A stretch of DNA of 64,000 nt from Candidatus Marinacidobacterales bacterium (GTDB taxonomy: Bacteria; Acidobacteriota; Vicinamibacteria; Marinacidobacterales; DATDRI01). The position numbers and the translations under genes are program-made. The first letter of the stretch is position 1. Each line of letters opens with the position of its first letter. The stretch spans positions 1,568,001 through 1,632,000 of the forward strand of contig CBDCNP010000002.1 in NCBI GenBank assembly GCA_965219415.1. Reading direction: 5' to 3'. Under the pieces are notes generated by a model, which saw nothing but the letters and a program-made list of their open reading frames with translations, was not told the DNA's origin and ran no database searches. Positions 38,131 through 49,448 of this stretch are shown piece by piece.

Positions 38131-40117
38131 AGCCGGGCGGCGGGCCGGCCGGCGATCGCGGTCATGTATTTCGAAGACAACACCGGCTCGGAAGAAATTC
38201 GATGGCTCTCCAAAGGGCTCCCCAACATGCTGCTCACCGATCTGGCTCAGACCCCTGGTCTCGATGTGGTGAGCCGTCAGCGCATCCTCGAGATCCTCAA
38301 GCAAGTAGGAGAGGACGACTTGAAGGCGATCGACGCCAGCTTGATCCCCGAGGTCGCCCGCCGAGCCGGAGCGGGGGCGGTCGTCGGAGGGAGTATATAT
38401 AAGGTAGGCGACGACATCCGCATCGACGTCCAGGTCGAAGACGTAGGGAGCGGACGCATCTTGTCCGCTCACAGCGTAAGAGGAAACGACGTCTTCCCAC
38501 TCGTCGACGAGCTGTCGGGACAGATCCGCGCCAGTCTCGACATGACCGATGCGCCCGTCGACCGTGGCATCGCCGACGTCACGACGGCGTCTCTCGAGGC
38601 CTACCGCTTGTACTCCGAGGGCGTGGAAGCCCGGAGAAACCTTCGTCGCCGCATCGACGCTCGCGACCTGCTCGAGAAAGCGATCGAGATCGACCCGACT
38701 TTCGCCATGGCTTACTACGAGCTGGCGAAAACCCCGGAACGGGTTGGAGAAGCGGGCTCCAACAACGAGTACGTTCGCAAGGTTGTCGAGTACATGGATC
38801 GGCTGCCTGAGCGGAAGCGCCTATTGGTCGAAGCCACCAGGGCCATCGAGGAGGAGAGAGAGCCGGAGAAAGCCGAGGAACTTCTGGAGTCGCTTATTTC
38901 TCGCTATCCAGATGAGGAGGAGGCGTACTTTCTTCTTGCCGGCGTTCATCGCGAGCGAAACGAGAGCGGGTTGTATGGTGCCACGTTGGAACGCGGCGTC
39001 GCCGCTGTGCCGGACTCTGGCCTCCTTCGCAACCAATATGGCTACCATCTTCTAGGAAGTGGCCGGTACGAAGAGGTCATACATCAGTTCGAAACGTATG
39101 CGCGCCTGAAGCCCGATGAACCTAACCCCCGTGACAGCTTGGCCGAGGCGTACTTGATCAGCGGCCAACCGATGAAAGCGGCCGAAGAATACGCGCGCGC
39201 CCTCGATGCGGACCCGACCTTTTTCACCTCGCACAGCGGTCGCGCTTGGGCCTTCGCAATCCTCGGCCGATACGATGAGACTCTCGCCGAGCTGGCCGAG
39301 AACGAGAACGTGATCGCCGAGAGCGGTCTGCCGACAACTGGAAACCAGTTCGGTTGGGCGTTCGTATTGTCCCGGATCGGGCGCTATGACGAGGCGGAAG
39401 AACGGCTGGGCAAAGGGATCGAGCAGGCGCTCGGCGAAGGGCCGAGTGCTATTCGTGCCCATCTTCTCTTTCTGGCCGCCCAGGTGGCGATCGAGAGAGG
39501 CGACTACGAGCAGGCCCTCGAGAATCTGACCCAGTCGAAGGAAGGTCTGTCCGGCCCGTATATGAAGAGCCGGGAGGCGATGGTGGCCCACCTCCTGGCG
39601 GGCGTGGCCAAAGCCCGTTCGGGTAAACTCGATGCCGCCCGGGCACACTTGGGAGCGCAGAAGGAAATCCACAACCCCAACGATGCCCTTGGAGACTTTT
39701 GGCTCTATGCGCTCGAGGTGGAGATCGCTCTCGCCGACGGAGATCTCGAGGCGGCGGAGACGGCTTTCGCCGCCGGTCTGCCGGAGTACAAGGCGTGGTT
39801 CAGCAACAGCCAAGGCAGTTGGTCCGCCTTCACGAACAATCTCCCCTTCCGCAATGGGCAGGCTCGCATCGAGGAAGCCCGCGGAAACCTGGCCGGCGCC
39901 ATCGAGATTTACCGCGGCCTCCTCACCCCGGGTACCGACTTCCAAGTGGACGGCCGCGCTCGAGCCGCGCCATGTGCTGGAGTTGGCGCGTTTGCTCGAC
40001 AAATCGGGAGATAGCGAAGCCGCGCGCCGCGAGTACACGCGTTTCCTGGACTTATGGAAAGGCGCCGACCAAGGCCTTCCGGAGCTTCAGGAGGCCCAGT
40101 CCTACCTGGCGTCTTGA
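38130..40117 (+). pseudogene. TolB-like/TPR protein (C-terminal part of a Ser/Thr kinase), kinase domain missing, frameshift near 39940
   Basis: GRPAIAVMYFEDNTGSEEIRWLSKGLPNMLLTDL, TPR repeats; the C-terminus KWTAALEPRHVLELAR lies in another frame. Confidence 0.75.
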
Positions 40118-40175
40118 CGAGCTAACTGACGCCCCCCATCGAATCCAATCTTCTGGATTCCGCCTTTTCGAAGCG

Positions 40176-42735
40176 GGGTCGTTCATCGCGACTTGAAACC
40201 GGACAACGTCCTGCTATCGGAAGACGGCTTCGCGAAGATCATCGACTTCGGGCTAGCGAAACTGGGTGAGCCGGTGCCGTCACCGGATGGCAACACCGTC
40301 GAGCACGAGGCCGAGACTTTGGTTCGGCACAGGACGGCTTGGTCCTCGGAACCGTTGCCTACATGTCTCCCGAACAGGCGCGAGCCAACGCCGTCGATGC
40401 ACGGACCGATGTCTTTTCTCTTGGCGTTGTTTTCCACGAGATGTTGGCGGGCGATCCGCCGTTCCAGAGAGCCAGCGTCGCAGAGACGTTGAGTGCCATT
40501 TTGAAGGAAGACCCCTCTCCCCTCCCCGAGGACGTCACTTCTCTCGCCCCCGAGCTTCCTCCCATCTTGCGGAAGTCTCTGAGCAAGAAACCCGACGACC
40601 GCTATCAGCGAATGAGAGAGGTTGCTCAAGCGATTCGGGAAGTCCGTGACCGCATGGGAAGTGGGGCACGACCTGTTTTTGGCCTCGGGTTACCTAAGAA
40701 GGTTCGCACCGCCGGTATCGGAGCCTCGGGCCGTCCCGCCATCGCCGTGATGTACTTCGAAGACAACACCGGCTCGGAGGAGATCCGCTGGCTCTCCAAG
40801 GGACTGCCGAACATGCTGCTGACCGATCTGGCGCGGACGCCCGGACTCGATGTCGTGAGCCGACAGCGAATTCAGGAGCTCCTCAAACAGGTTGGAGAGG
40901 AAGACCTCGACGCGCTCGACGCCAGCCTGGTCCCGGAGATCGCCCGGCGAGCCGGAGCGGGAGCGGTGGTCGGTGGGAGCATCTACAAGATCGGTGATGA
41001 AATCCGGATCGATGTCCAAGTCGAAGACGTAGGAAGTGGGAGAATTCTGTCGGCGCACAGTGTGAGGGGGGACGATGTCTTCCCACTCGTCGATGAGCTC
41101 ACCGGTCGTATCCGAGCGAGTTTGAACATGGCCGACGCTCCTTTGGAGCGAGGCATCGCCGACGTGACCACTGCGAATCTCGAGGCCTACCGGCACTATA
41201 GCGAAGGTTTGGAAGCATACCGAAATTTCCGCTGGTCCGACGCGCGAGCGCATTTGGAGAGAGCGGTGGAAATCGATCCCTCTTTCGCCCTCGCGTACTT
41301 TCGACTCTCGCAACTATCCGGTCTTTGGGCGGATGAGACGGTACAGGAAGGCTATCGCCAGAAAGTCCGCGACCATCTGGATCGGATGCCGGAACGCCGG
41401 CGACTCTTCGTGGAGGCGAGTTTCGCGCAACAACAGGACGACGATCCGGAACAGGCGAAGGAGTTACTCGAGGAGCTTCTCACCCGCTATCCCGACGAGG
41501 AAGACGCCTACACGCTCCTCTCGGTTATCTATAATGGTCCCCTCAACGAGCGGCCCAAAGCCATCGAGACCCTCGCCCGCGGAACGGTGGCAGTTCCCAC
41601 CTCGGGTACGATCCGCAATCAACTCGGCTACTACTTTTTGTATGACGGGCGCTATCCAGAAGCCTTCCGTGAGTTGGAAGCCTACGCCGACCTCAACCCC
41701 CACGAGCCGAACCCCTTCGACAGCATGGGCGAGGCGTACTTGTTTACGGGACAACCCGACAAGGCGCTCGCGAGCTACGGTCAAGCGCTCGAAGTCGACC
41801 CTTCGTTCTTCAACGCGAACACCGGTCGAGCATGGGCGTTCGCAATGTTGGGACGTTACGACGAAGCCCGCGACGAGACGTTGAACGTGCAGAAGACGAT
41901 CGATGAAGCGGGTTTTCAGAATCTGGAGCCGACGACGATGTTCGTCTCGGCTTTCTTGGCTTCTCGAGTCGGGCGCTACCAGGAGGCCGAGGAGCAAATC
42001 TCGCTTGGAATCGATCTGGCACAGAAGCTCGACCAGACCGGCGTGGTGGTACCGCTGCATCTCTTGTCGGCCGCCATGGCTCTCGAACGCGAGGACTATT
42101 CCCGCGTGGTGGAGCTAGCGAACGAGGCACAGAGATTTCTCCCAGAGCTGGAGAGTGAGGAGCAAAGAAAGGCGCAGTCAATTTTCGCCGATCTGCTCGC
42201 GGGTACTGCAGAGGCGCGAACCGGCGATATAGAAGCGGCACGCGCGCGTTTGGGCTCTCAGCGTGAGCTGTACGACCCGGAGCGAGAGCTGCTGAACTGG
42301 GCGTATCACGCGCTAGAGGGCGAGATCGCTCTGACGGCGGGTGAGCTCGAAGAAGCCGCGGCCGCGCTCACCGCCGGGGAGCCCGAGATCAAGATGCACT
42401 TGCACATGACCGCCGCCATCGTGAGCCTGGCCGCCAACAACCCACCACTACGCGACGGGATGGCGCGGGTGAAGAAAGCGCAAGGAGACCTCGCAGGAGC
42501 GATCGCGATCTATCGAGGTCTCTGGAGGCCGAACATCAGTGCCAAGTGGACGGCGATGCTCGAGCCGCGTTTCGTCCTCGAACTGGCCCGTTTGCTAGAG
42601 GAGTCCGGCGACACGGCTGCGGCGCGCGACGAATACGAGCGATTCCTGAGCCTTTGGAAGAATGCCGACCCGGAGCTTCCCGAGCTTCAAGAAGCCCGCG
42701 AATACCTGGCGTCTGACCACACTCAGACTAGCTAA
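40176..42735 (+). pseudogene. Ser/Thr kinase-TolB-TPR protein, kinase N-lobe missing, frameshift near 40335
   Basis: [37 protein letters not shown]; paralogue of the preceding gene. Confidence 0.8.
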
Positions 42736-42773
42736 GCCCCGATTGACGCCCGTACGAAGTGCTATCCTGTTCC

Positions 42774-43958
42774 ATGTTCTCCCGGCGTTTGAATTGGAGC
42801 TTCGCTTCGAACCGGCTGGCACGTCTGCTAGAGGAAAAGCGGAGGGCAGGCGAAGAGATCCTGGACCTCACGGAGTCGAACCCCACGCGAGCGGGATTCG
42901 ACTACCCGTCCGATGCGATCCTGGCCAGCCTGAACGACCCTCGGTCACTGGCTTACGAACCCGCCCCGCTCGGCCTCCACGCCGCGCGGGAGGCAGTGGC
43001 CGGGTACTACGCGCGGCGGGGGCAGGTCGTTTCTCCAGAACACCTTGCTCTCACCGCGAGTACCAGCGAGCCCTATAGTTTCCTCTTCAAAGTGCTGTGC
43101 GATCCCGGGGATCGAGTGCTCCTACCCCGGCCCAGCTATCCCCTTTTCGACTACCTTGCCAGCCTAGAATCCGTCGAAACGGATTCGTACTCTCTCGTCT
43201 ACGACGGGGCCTGGAGCATCGACCTCGAGACGATTCGGAGGAAGCTGGGTCCCCAGACCCGAGCCTTGCTACTCGTTCATCCCAACAACCCCACCGGCTC
43301 CTATGTAAAACAGGCCGAGCTATCTGAGCTGACGGCAATGTGCGGCGAGCATGGCGTCGCACTCGTCGTCGACGAGGTCTTCGCAGACTATGGGTTCGGA
43401 GAAGATCCGGATCGTGCTTCCACATTCATCGGAAAAAACGACGTGTTGACTTTCGTGCTAAGCGGGCTCTCCAAGATCGCAGCCCTTCCGCAAATGAAGC
43501 TCGCGTGGATTTGGACTGGCGGTCCCGACGACAAGAAGCGCGAAACCTTGGCGCGGTTGGAGCAAGTGGGTGGTGTGTTCCTTTCCGTGGGCGCTCAAGT
43601 CCAGCACGCGGCGGCGAAACTGCTAGCCCTGGCTCCCTCGCTGCAGGCGGCGATCCGAAAACGCCTGATTGAGAATCGCGAGCTCCTCAGGAATGCCATC
43701 CCCACCTCCTCACCGCTCGAAGCGCTAACGACAGAAGGAGGCTGGTACGGGGTCCTACGATGTCCCGAGGTTCAGAGCTCCGAGGAGTGGGCGCTCGCTT
43801 CTCTCAGCTCCGACGACACTCATGTCCATCCCGGGTACTTGTTCGACTTCCCCACCGACACCTATCTCGTGGTGAGCCTCTTGACGCCGACCGAGACCTT
43901 CGAGCCAGGTATTCGCCGCATGCTGAGTCGCGTCGAGACAACCGTGGCCGCGATATGA
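42774..43958 (+). CDS. PLP-dependent aminotransferase class I/II
   Basis: PSYPLF, HPNNPTG, VDEVF, SGLSKI. Confidence 0.92.
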   Translation: MFSRRLNWSFASNRLARLLEEKRRAGEEILDLTESNPTRAGFDYPSDAILASLNDPRSLAYEPAPLGLHAAREAVAGYYARRGQVVSPEHLALTASTSEPYSFLFKVLCDPGDRVLLPRPSYPLFDYLASLESVETDSYSLVYDGAWSIDLETIRRKLGPQTRALLLVHPNNPTGSYVKQAELSELTAMCGEHGVALVVDEVFADYGFGEDPDRASTFIGKNDVLTFVLSGLSKIAALPQMKLAWIWTGGPDDKKRETLARLEQVGGVFLSVGAQVQHAAAKLLALAPSLQAAIRKRLIENRELLRNAIPTSSPLEALTTEGGWYGVLRCPEVQSSEEWALASLSSDDTHVHPGYLFDFPTDTYLVVSLLTPTETFEPGIRRMLSRVETTVAAI

Positions 43959-44751
43959 GAATGACCACCGAGCGCGCAACGGGGATCGGCGTCGGCATAG
44001 CATTGGGTGGCCTATTAGGCCTATTGGCCAAAGAGCTGAACCTTCTTTCTCTCATCTCTTATTGGCATGATCGCGCCCCTTGGGTCGTAGGAGTCGCGAT
44101 ACTGGGAGGCGCTATTTGGAGCACACGTCTGCGCTGGCTACTCGGCCTAGGCGTAGCAGCGCTAGGCGCTCTGTGGCTCGTCATCGCCTTTACCCCTCTC
44201 AGCCCCTGGTTAGCGCGACAGACCTCACGCGGCGTGACCCGCTTCAACCTGCCGACGCCGTCTACATCCTTGGTTCCAGTATCCAGAAGGACGGCGAGCC
44301 AACTGGGGAAGCCGCGAGCCGTCTACTCGGCGGGCTCCAGCTGCTCCAACAGGGAATGGCGCCGGTATTGGCCGTTTCCGAGCTTCCGCCTCCCTACCCT
44401 TCACACTCAGAGACTTGCCGGGAGATCATGGACAGTCTAGGAATGGAGCAGCCGATCCTTTCGGTCGGCGAGGGACGGAGCACCCGGACCGAAGCGATCG
44501 CGCTAGGGGTTGTATATCGAGACCGCGATTGGAAGCGCATACTGGTGGTGACGTCTCCCGTCCACTCGCGTCGCGCCTGCGCGGCTTTCGAAAAAGAGGG
44601 AATGGAAGTCGTTTGCTATCCATCGATCGAGATGGACTTCGACTTGGAAACGCTCGAAGAGCCCGACGAACGACTCGAATCCTTCGGGCCCATCATGCAC
44701 GAGATCGTAGGACTCTGGGTCTACCGCCGGCTCGGCTGGATGGCGAAATGA
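43955..44751 (+). pseudogene. YdcF/DUF218 family protein, frameshift near 44225
   Basis: TM N-terminus, then ADAVYILG, RSTRTEA, ILVVTSPVHSRRA, HEIVGLWVY. Confidence 0.75.
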
Positions 44752-44753
44752 GC

Positions 44754-45815
44754 TCAGCTCTTATTGTCGCTCTCGACCGCCTCTAGCATATGGGGGAGGA
44801 AGCCCGGGATCGCGGCGGTGACGCGGTTCCATGTGGGGATGAGAGGAGCGCGGAGGGGATTTTTCAGAAACTGCTCGCCGGCGATCTGCATCGAGTGTGC
44901 GAACGTCTCGACGGCTTTTTCTTCAGCGTCGCGATCGAACTCGAGGCCGTTGATGGCGGCGTCGGCGTGGAAACGCTCGATGGTGTCCTCGGCGGTCCGC
45001 CGATAGCTGGCCAAGAGGGTGCGGAACAAACCCGCGGAAAGGATGACGCCTTCCGCGGCGAGCGTGCGGAACAAAGACTTCGAAATGTCGATCGCCCTCT
45101 TCTTCAGTCCCGCATTCGGATCTTGCTCCGACAGGGGCTGGTGCTTGTGCTCGTAGTTCCCGGCTAGATCGACCTGACAGACCCGCTGCACTGCAACGTT
45201 TCGAAACATCTCCGCCAACATACCGACCTCCAACCCCCAGTCGGATGGGATGCGGTTCACTCGCGCCAGGTCGGCGTCCATCGAGAACTCCCCGGCAAGG
45301 ATGTAGCGGAAGCTGTCCAGGTAGTCGAGAATCGGCAAGGGTCCTACGATCCGCTGCAGCCCCTGATGAGGGGCGTCATCATGAGCCGTGTCACACGACC
45401 GTGCATGCGGTTGGTGATTCGACTGTAGAAGCCCTTGCAGAAGCGGTAATCGAAATTAGGGTTGACCACTGGAAAAACGAGACGTGCGAGCATCTCCCGG
45501 TCGTACGAGACGATATCGCAGTCGTGAAGTGCGATGACCTCGGCTTGACCACGAGCGGCTGAAGAACTCTCGGGCGCGCTCGAACTGCTTGCGGTCGGCC
45601 CGGTCGAGGCTGATCACGATCTGCTGTACGTAGGGTACCTTGGAGAGCTCGTCCACGATATGCCCGAGGGCGGGGCCTTCGAGCTCGCTGAAAAGGGAGG
45701 GCAGGACGAGCGCCACCGGCCGCTCTCGGACCAGCTCCCGCTCTAGCCTCTCTACGTTGGGAGGCCCGAGCCGGCGTAGCGTCGTCACGACACCGGTCTG
45801 GTAGAAATCGCTCAT
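44754..45815 (-). pseudogene. Glucosyl-3-phosphoglycerate synthase-like glycosyltransferase with internal deletion and frameshifts
   Basis: MSDFYQTGVVTTL, LPSLFSELEGPAL, HDCDI, KGFYSR, DSFRYILAGEF, PSDWGLEVG, YEHKHQ, spread over three frames. Confidence 0.8.
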
Positions 45816-45950
45816 TCGGCACCCTCAGGAGACACTCTGCCACCCTCGAGGCAGGGAAATCCCCGGCAATCGAGATCCGGATGGGGGCACATTCTACCCC
45901 CTGGGGTGCTAGAAGCGCCACTTGACGAAATGAAGCTCTTGTTCCTCTAT

Positions 45951-45991
45951 TCCCTCGCTCCCTTTGGAGGAGCGGGTAGGGTGTGAGGGGG
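45951..45991. repeat. REP-like CCCTC...GAGGG palindromic element; similar sequences near 10668-10742 and 32798-32821
   Basis: CCCTCGCTCCCTTTGGAGGAGCGGGTAGGGTGTGAGGG in an intergenic position. Confidence 0.45.
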
Positions 45992-46054
45992 GCAGATCAA
46001 CCGAAACTCTCGACTCTGCTGGGTGGTGCGTGACGAGATTGAGTTGGAACGAGA

Positions 46055-46981
46055 CTAGTTGCCCGCCTGAGTCGCGGTATCGGGTCGAAGCTCGCGGAGG
46101 GGCACCCAGAGCCGCTTGTTATCTCGTGCGCGATCTTTGTGCATGAATTCGAGCTCGACTTCTGAGCCGCGCTCGAATCGTTTCTTCAGCCCTTCATATG
46201 CATCGAGAACCTTGGCAACGTACTGACGGGTTTCTGTCGCGGTGCGACCGCTGCCGGCTCGGAAGTACCCGGCGTTCAAAGGACCGCCATTGTATTCGGC
46301 GAGGACCAGCCGTTCATCGTTGTAGGCAGAAAAAAGAATATCCAAGTAGAGGGCAGCCAGCTCCGTGTTCTTCTCGGGGTCGAAGAGCATTTCCTCGGTG
46401 TACTCCCAGCCCCTGACCCTTGCCAACATTCTTCCGGTGGATGGCCAGATCTGGTAGAGGCCTTTGGCGTCGGAACCGCTGACCGCGTTCGTCCTGTACC
46501 CGCTCTCCACAATGCCAATCGAAAGAAACATGAGCGGGTCCAAAGACGGATATTTCTCGCTCGCGCCGAGAATCCAATCTGAGTACTGGTACGCCTGGTT
46601 GAGACCGATCTTCGGATTGGCTTCCATGATCGCGTCCCGGATCCCAAGCAACATCTGCTGGCGTTTGGAATCGAATCGGACCGCGGAGTCGAGCTTCTGC
46701 ATTCTCGATTCCACATTGGCCATCATTCCATCGGTCTCTTCACTTAGTGTCGCAACCCAGTGAAACGCGTACAAGGCCAAGACACTCGTCGTCAATAGGA
46801 GAAGCGAAAGACAAACAAGCGCGACCGACTGCCAGCCGTACTTTCTTTGCGGCTTGCTGGAACGCGATGTCCGTTTCTTCGGCTTCCGAGCTCTCTGATT
46901 TCTGGTTTGGGTGCTCTCCCCGAGAAGCCTTCTTTCCGCCAGGCTGAAGACCTTGCTCTCCGCTTTTCTCCGAGCTGCCAT
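46055..46981 (-). CDS. Lytic transglycosylase (SLT domain) with membrane anchor
   Basis: IVESGY, AKGLYQIWPST, LAEYNGGP, ETRQYVAKV. Confidence 0.9.
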   Translation of the reverse strand: MAARRKAESKVFSLAERRLLGESTQTRNQRARKPKKRTSRSSKPQRKYGWQSVALVCLSLLLLTTSVLALYAFHWVATLSEETDGMMANVESRMQKLDSAVRFDSKRQQMLLGIRDAIMEANPKIGLNQAYQYSDWILGASEKYPSLDPLMFLSIGIVESGYRTNAVSGSDAKGLYQIWPSTGRMLARVRGWEYTEEMLFDPEKNTELAALYLDILFSAYNDERLVLAEYNGGPLNAGYFRAGSGRTATETRQYVAKVLDAYEGLKKRFERGSEVELEFMHKDRARDNKRLWVPLRELRPDTATQAGN

Positions 46982-47295
46982 CCAGAACCTCCGGTATCAG
47001 GATAGAGGCGTTATCTTCCCGAGATACCAATTGCCTCGTGCCTCGTTTCGAGAGCCGAACCGGACCTCGATATAACGATGCCGTCTTCCGAGAAAATTAG
47101 GATTATTAAGGAACTGGAGCCTTCTAGGTTGGGGACGAGTCGTTATCGCCTCCACTCGGCGATTCGTCAAACTCGTCGAGAAGCAGCGGTCGATCTTGCA
47201 TCTTAAGTGTATGTAATATATAGCTTTATACACGGTGCGTGGTGTATGAAGCACTCACAATTTGGTGCATTGGCGGTATCGGGAGGATAGAACTC

Positions 47296-47742
47296 ATGGA
47301 AGAGATCGGCCGGCTCTTGACGAAGTTCCCGGTGGTCATCGAGATTGATGTGGCCTGGGGTGAGATGGACTCGATGGGCCACGTCAACAACATCGTCTAC
47401 TTCCGGTACTTCGAGAGTGCACGCATGGTCTATCTTGAACAAATCGGCTTCCTGGAAGAAAAGCATCGCACCGGCGTCGGTCCGATCTTGGCTTCCACAC
47501 GCTGCGACTTCCGAAAACCGCTCGTTTTTCCAGATAAGATCTCCGTCGGCGTCCGGGTTGACGACTTAGAGACCGATCGCTTCGTCACGTACTACCGGCT
47601 GGTAAGCCACAAATTAGGCAAAGTAGCGGCGGAAGGAGAAGGCCTAGTCGTGTGCTACGACTACCAGAAGGGAAATAAGGCCGAGATCCCAGACGCGATT
47701 CGCAAAGCGATCGAATCTCTAGAGGGGAAAGTCGAAGGCTGA
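47296..47742 (+). CDS. Acyl-CoA thioesterase (4HBT/FadM type)
   Basis: WGEMDSMGHVNNIVYFRYFESAR. Confidence 0.92.
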   Translation: MEEIGRLLTKFPVVIEIDVAWGEMDSMGHVNNIVYFRYFESARMVYLEQIGFLEEKHRTGVGPILASTRCDFRKPLVFPDKISVGVRVDDLETDRFVTYYRLVSHKLGKVAAEGEGLVVCYDYQKGNKAEIPDAIRKAIESLEGKVEG

Positions 47743-47747
47743 GCGAT

Positions 47748-48161
47748 TCACCAGATGGGGTTGGGCCTATAGAGAGGCTCGGCCCAGGGCGTTACCCTGG
47801 CCAGTTCCTCCGAGTCCATCGGACCCTGTGTCGTTTCGAGGTAATCGAGTAGCGACGTCCGATCTTCGATGGAAAAAAACCAAAGGCCTTCTTCCTTCTC
47901 CATCCGGGTAATGACCTCGTCCCAGCCTTCGCGAGTCGTGCGGTAAGAGACGACGAGCGACGGCGAGTGGCAGAGCACGCAGTACGTCAGAGTCAGCTGC
48001 CGACCTTCGCCGGGCTTCAGACCGTGCAGGAGATCCTCGTCTGCATCCTGGGCTGGCTGAGTAGGCTGGGCAGGCTGAGCAGAAAGAGGCCCGAGTAAGG
48101 CGACGATTCCGACGACGAGCAGAATTATCGCGACCGCGACGACGAGGACTTTTTGCACCAT
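47748..48161 (-). CDS. Monoheme cytochrome c, SorB/SorU-like partner
   Basis: CVLCH heme motif, signal or anchor helix, directly downstream of the sulfite oxidase gene. Confidence 0.85.
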   Translation of the reverse strand: MVQKVLVVAVAIILLVVGIVALLGPLSAQPAQPTQPAQDADEDLLHGLKPGEGRQLTLTYCVLCHSPSLVVSYRTTREGWDEVITRMEKEEGLWFFSIEDRTSLLDYLETTQGPMDSEELARVTPWAEPLYRPNPIW

Positions 48162-48165
48162 CTAG

Positions 48166-49377
48166 TCAGGACACCCGCACCGAGATCCGCTGCATGGCGT
48201 TATTTAGATAGCCTCGTGGATTCCAACCCGGGACCACCATAGGCTGCTGTCGGCCTCGGTGGTCGGTCGCGCGGGCCCAGACTTCGTAATAGCCAGGCGT
48301 GGGAAATTCCAGGGTCGCCTCCCACCGTTGCCAAGCGAACGGATTACTGGGTTCGGCGAGCGAGGCGCGGGTCCACGTGGTCGCGAAGTCGAAGCTCACG
48401 TGCATTTCCTTGACCGGTCCGTCCCCACACCAGGCGTGCCCTCGTAAAGCAAGCGCCTCGCCGAGTCGAAGCTCTACTCCCGTCTTCGGCCGGGTAATGA
48501 TGGACTTCACCGGCATGGCTTCGATTACCTTCATGTCTTCTTCTGGAACTCCGGTACCAGGCGCGACCGGATACTTGGGCACGCGGTAGGAGTGCCCGGT
48601 CATCTTGGGGCCGTCGTGCTCCCGGTCTCGGACCCAAAGCCGGCGAAGCCATTTCCCGGATGTGGAGCCCGGCCAGCCCGGCGCCACCAGACGTAGAGGG
48701 AACCCGTGCTCGGGCGGCAAAGGTACGCCGTTCATCTCCCATACCAAGAGCGTGTTCTCGTCGAGCGCTTTTTCGATCGGAACGCCCCGAGAGATAGGTA
48801 CCCTTTCGGTGTCGCCGCTCAAGTGAGGGTCTTCGCCGTAGTAAGCGACGAAAACCGCGGTCCCCTTCAGACCCGCCTCTTGTAGGACATCTTTGAGGCG
48901 CGCCCCGGTGTAGTTCGCACACCCGACCGCACCGAGCGTCCACTGATTGCCCGAGGCAGGCGGGTTGTATCCGGCGCGGCCGTTACCCGCGCATTCGATG
49001 ACCAGCGACGCTTGGCGATTCTCGAAGCGCTGCTTCAACTCATCGAGGCCTAGCGTGAGCGGCGTTTCGACCTCGCCGTCGATAGTGAGGGTCCAATCAG
49101 AAAGATCGCCGGTACTGGCACGCTCGGGAATGCGACCGTTGTTGCGTACGAAATGGCGTGAGTTAGGGGTCACCTCATCGTCGAGGAAGGTCACCGGCGT
49201 CTCGGCGGTAATCGGGCGGTCGCTCAGAACGGTGAGTCCGACTTTGCCTTGGAGAGGGGCGGCCTCTTGAGCCAGGACCACATTTGCAGGCGGAAGACCC
49301 TTCGCACCCCAGAAGTACATACCCAACGTGCTCGAACCGAGCACGCCGAGAAATCTTCTTCGCCCGTCCCGCGTCAT
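48166..49377 (-). CDS. Sulfite oxidase family molybdoenzyme (SorA/SorT-like), Tat-exported
   Basis: GRRRFLG Tat motif, HFVRNN, IECAGNGR, HGFPLRLVAPGW, SGKWL. Confidence 0.92.
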   Translation of the reverse strand: MTRDGRRRFLGVLGSSTLGMYFWGAKGLPPANVVLAQEAAPLQGKVGLTVLSDRPITAETPVTFLDDEVTPNSRHFVRNNGRIPERASTGDLSDWTLTIDGEVETPLTLGLDELKQRFENRQASLVIECAGNGRAGYNPPASGNQWTLGAVGCANYTGARLKDVLQEAGLKGTAVFVAYYGEDPHLSGDTERVPISRGVPIEKALDENTLLVWEMNGVPLPPEHGFPLRLVAPGWPGSTSGKWLRRLWVRDREHDGPKMTGHSYRVPKYPVAPGTGVPEEDMKVIEAMPVKSIITRPKTGVELRLGEALALRGHAWCGDGPVKEMHVSFDFATTWTRASLAEPSNPFAWQRWEATLEFPTPGYYEVWARATDHRGRQQPMVVPGWNPRGYLNNAMQRISVRVS

Positions 49378-49448
49378 CGCCACCTCCGGTTGGGCGGCGA
49401 TTATAACAGACGCCCAAGGCACCGGGATCTGGTAGCATAAGCCGCATC

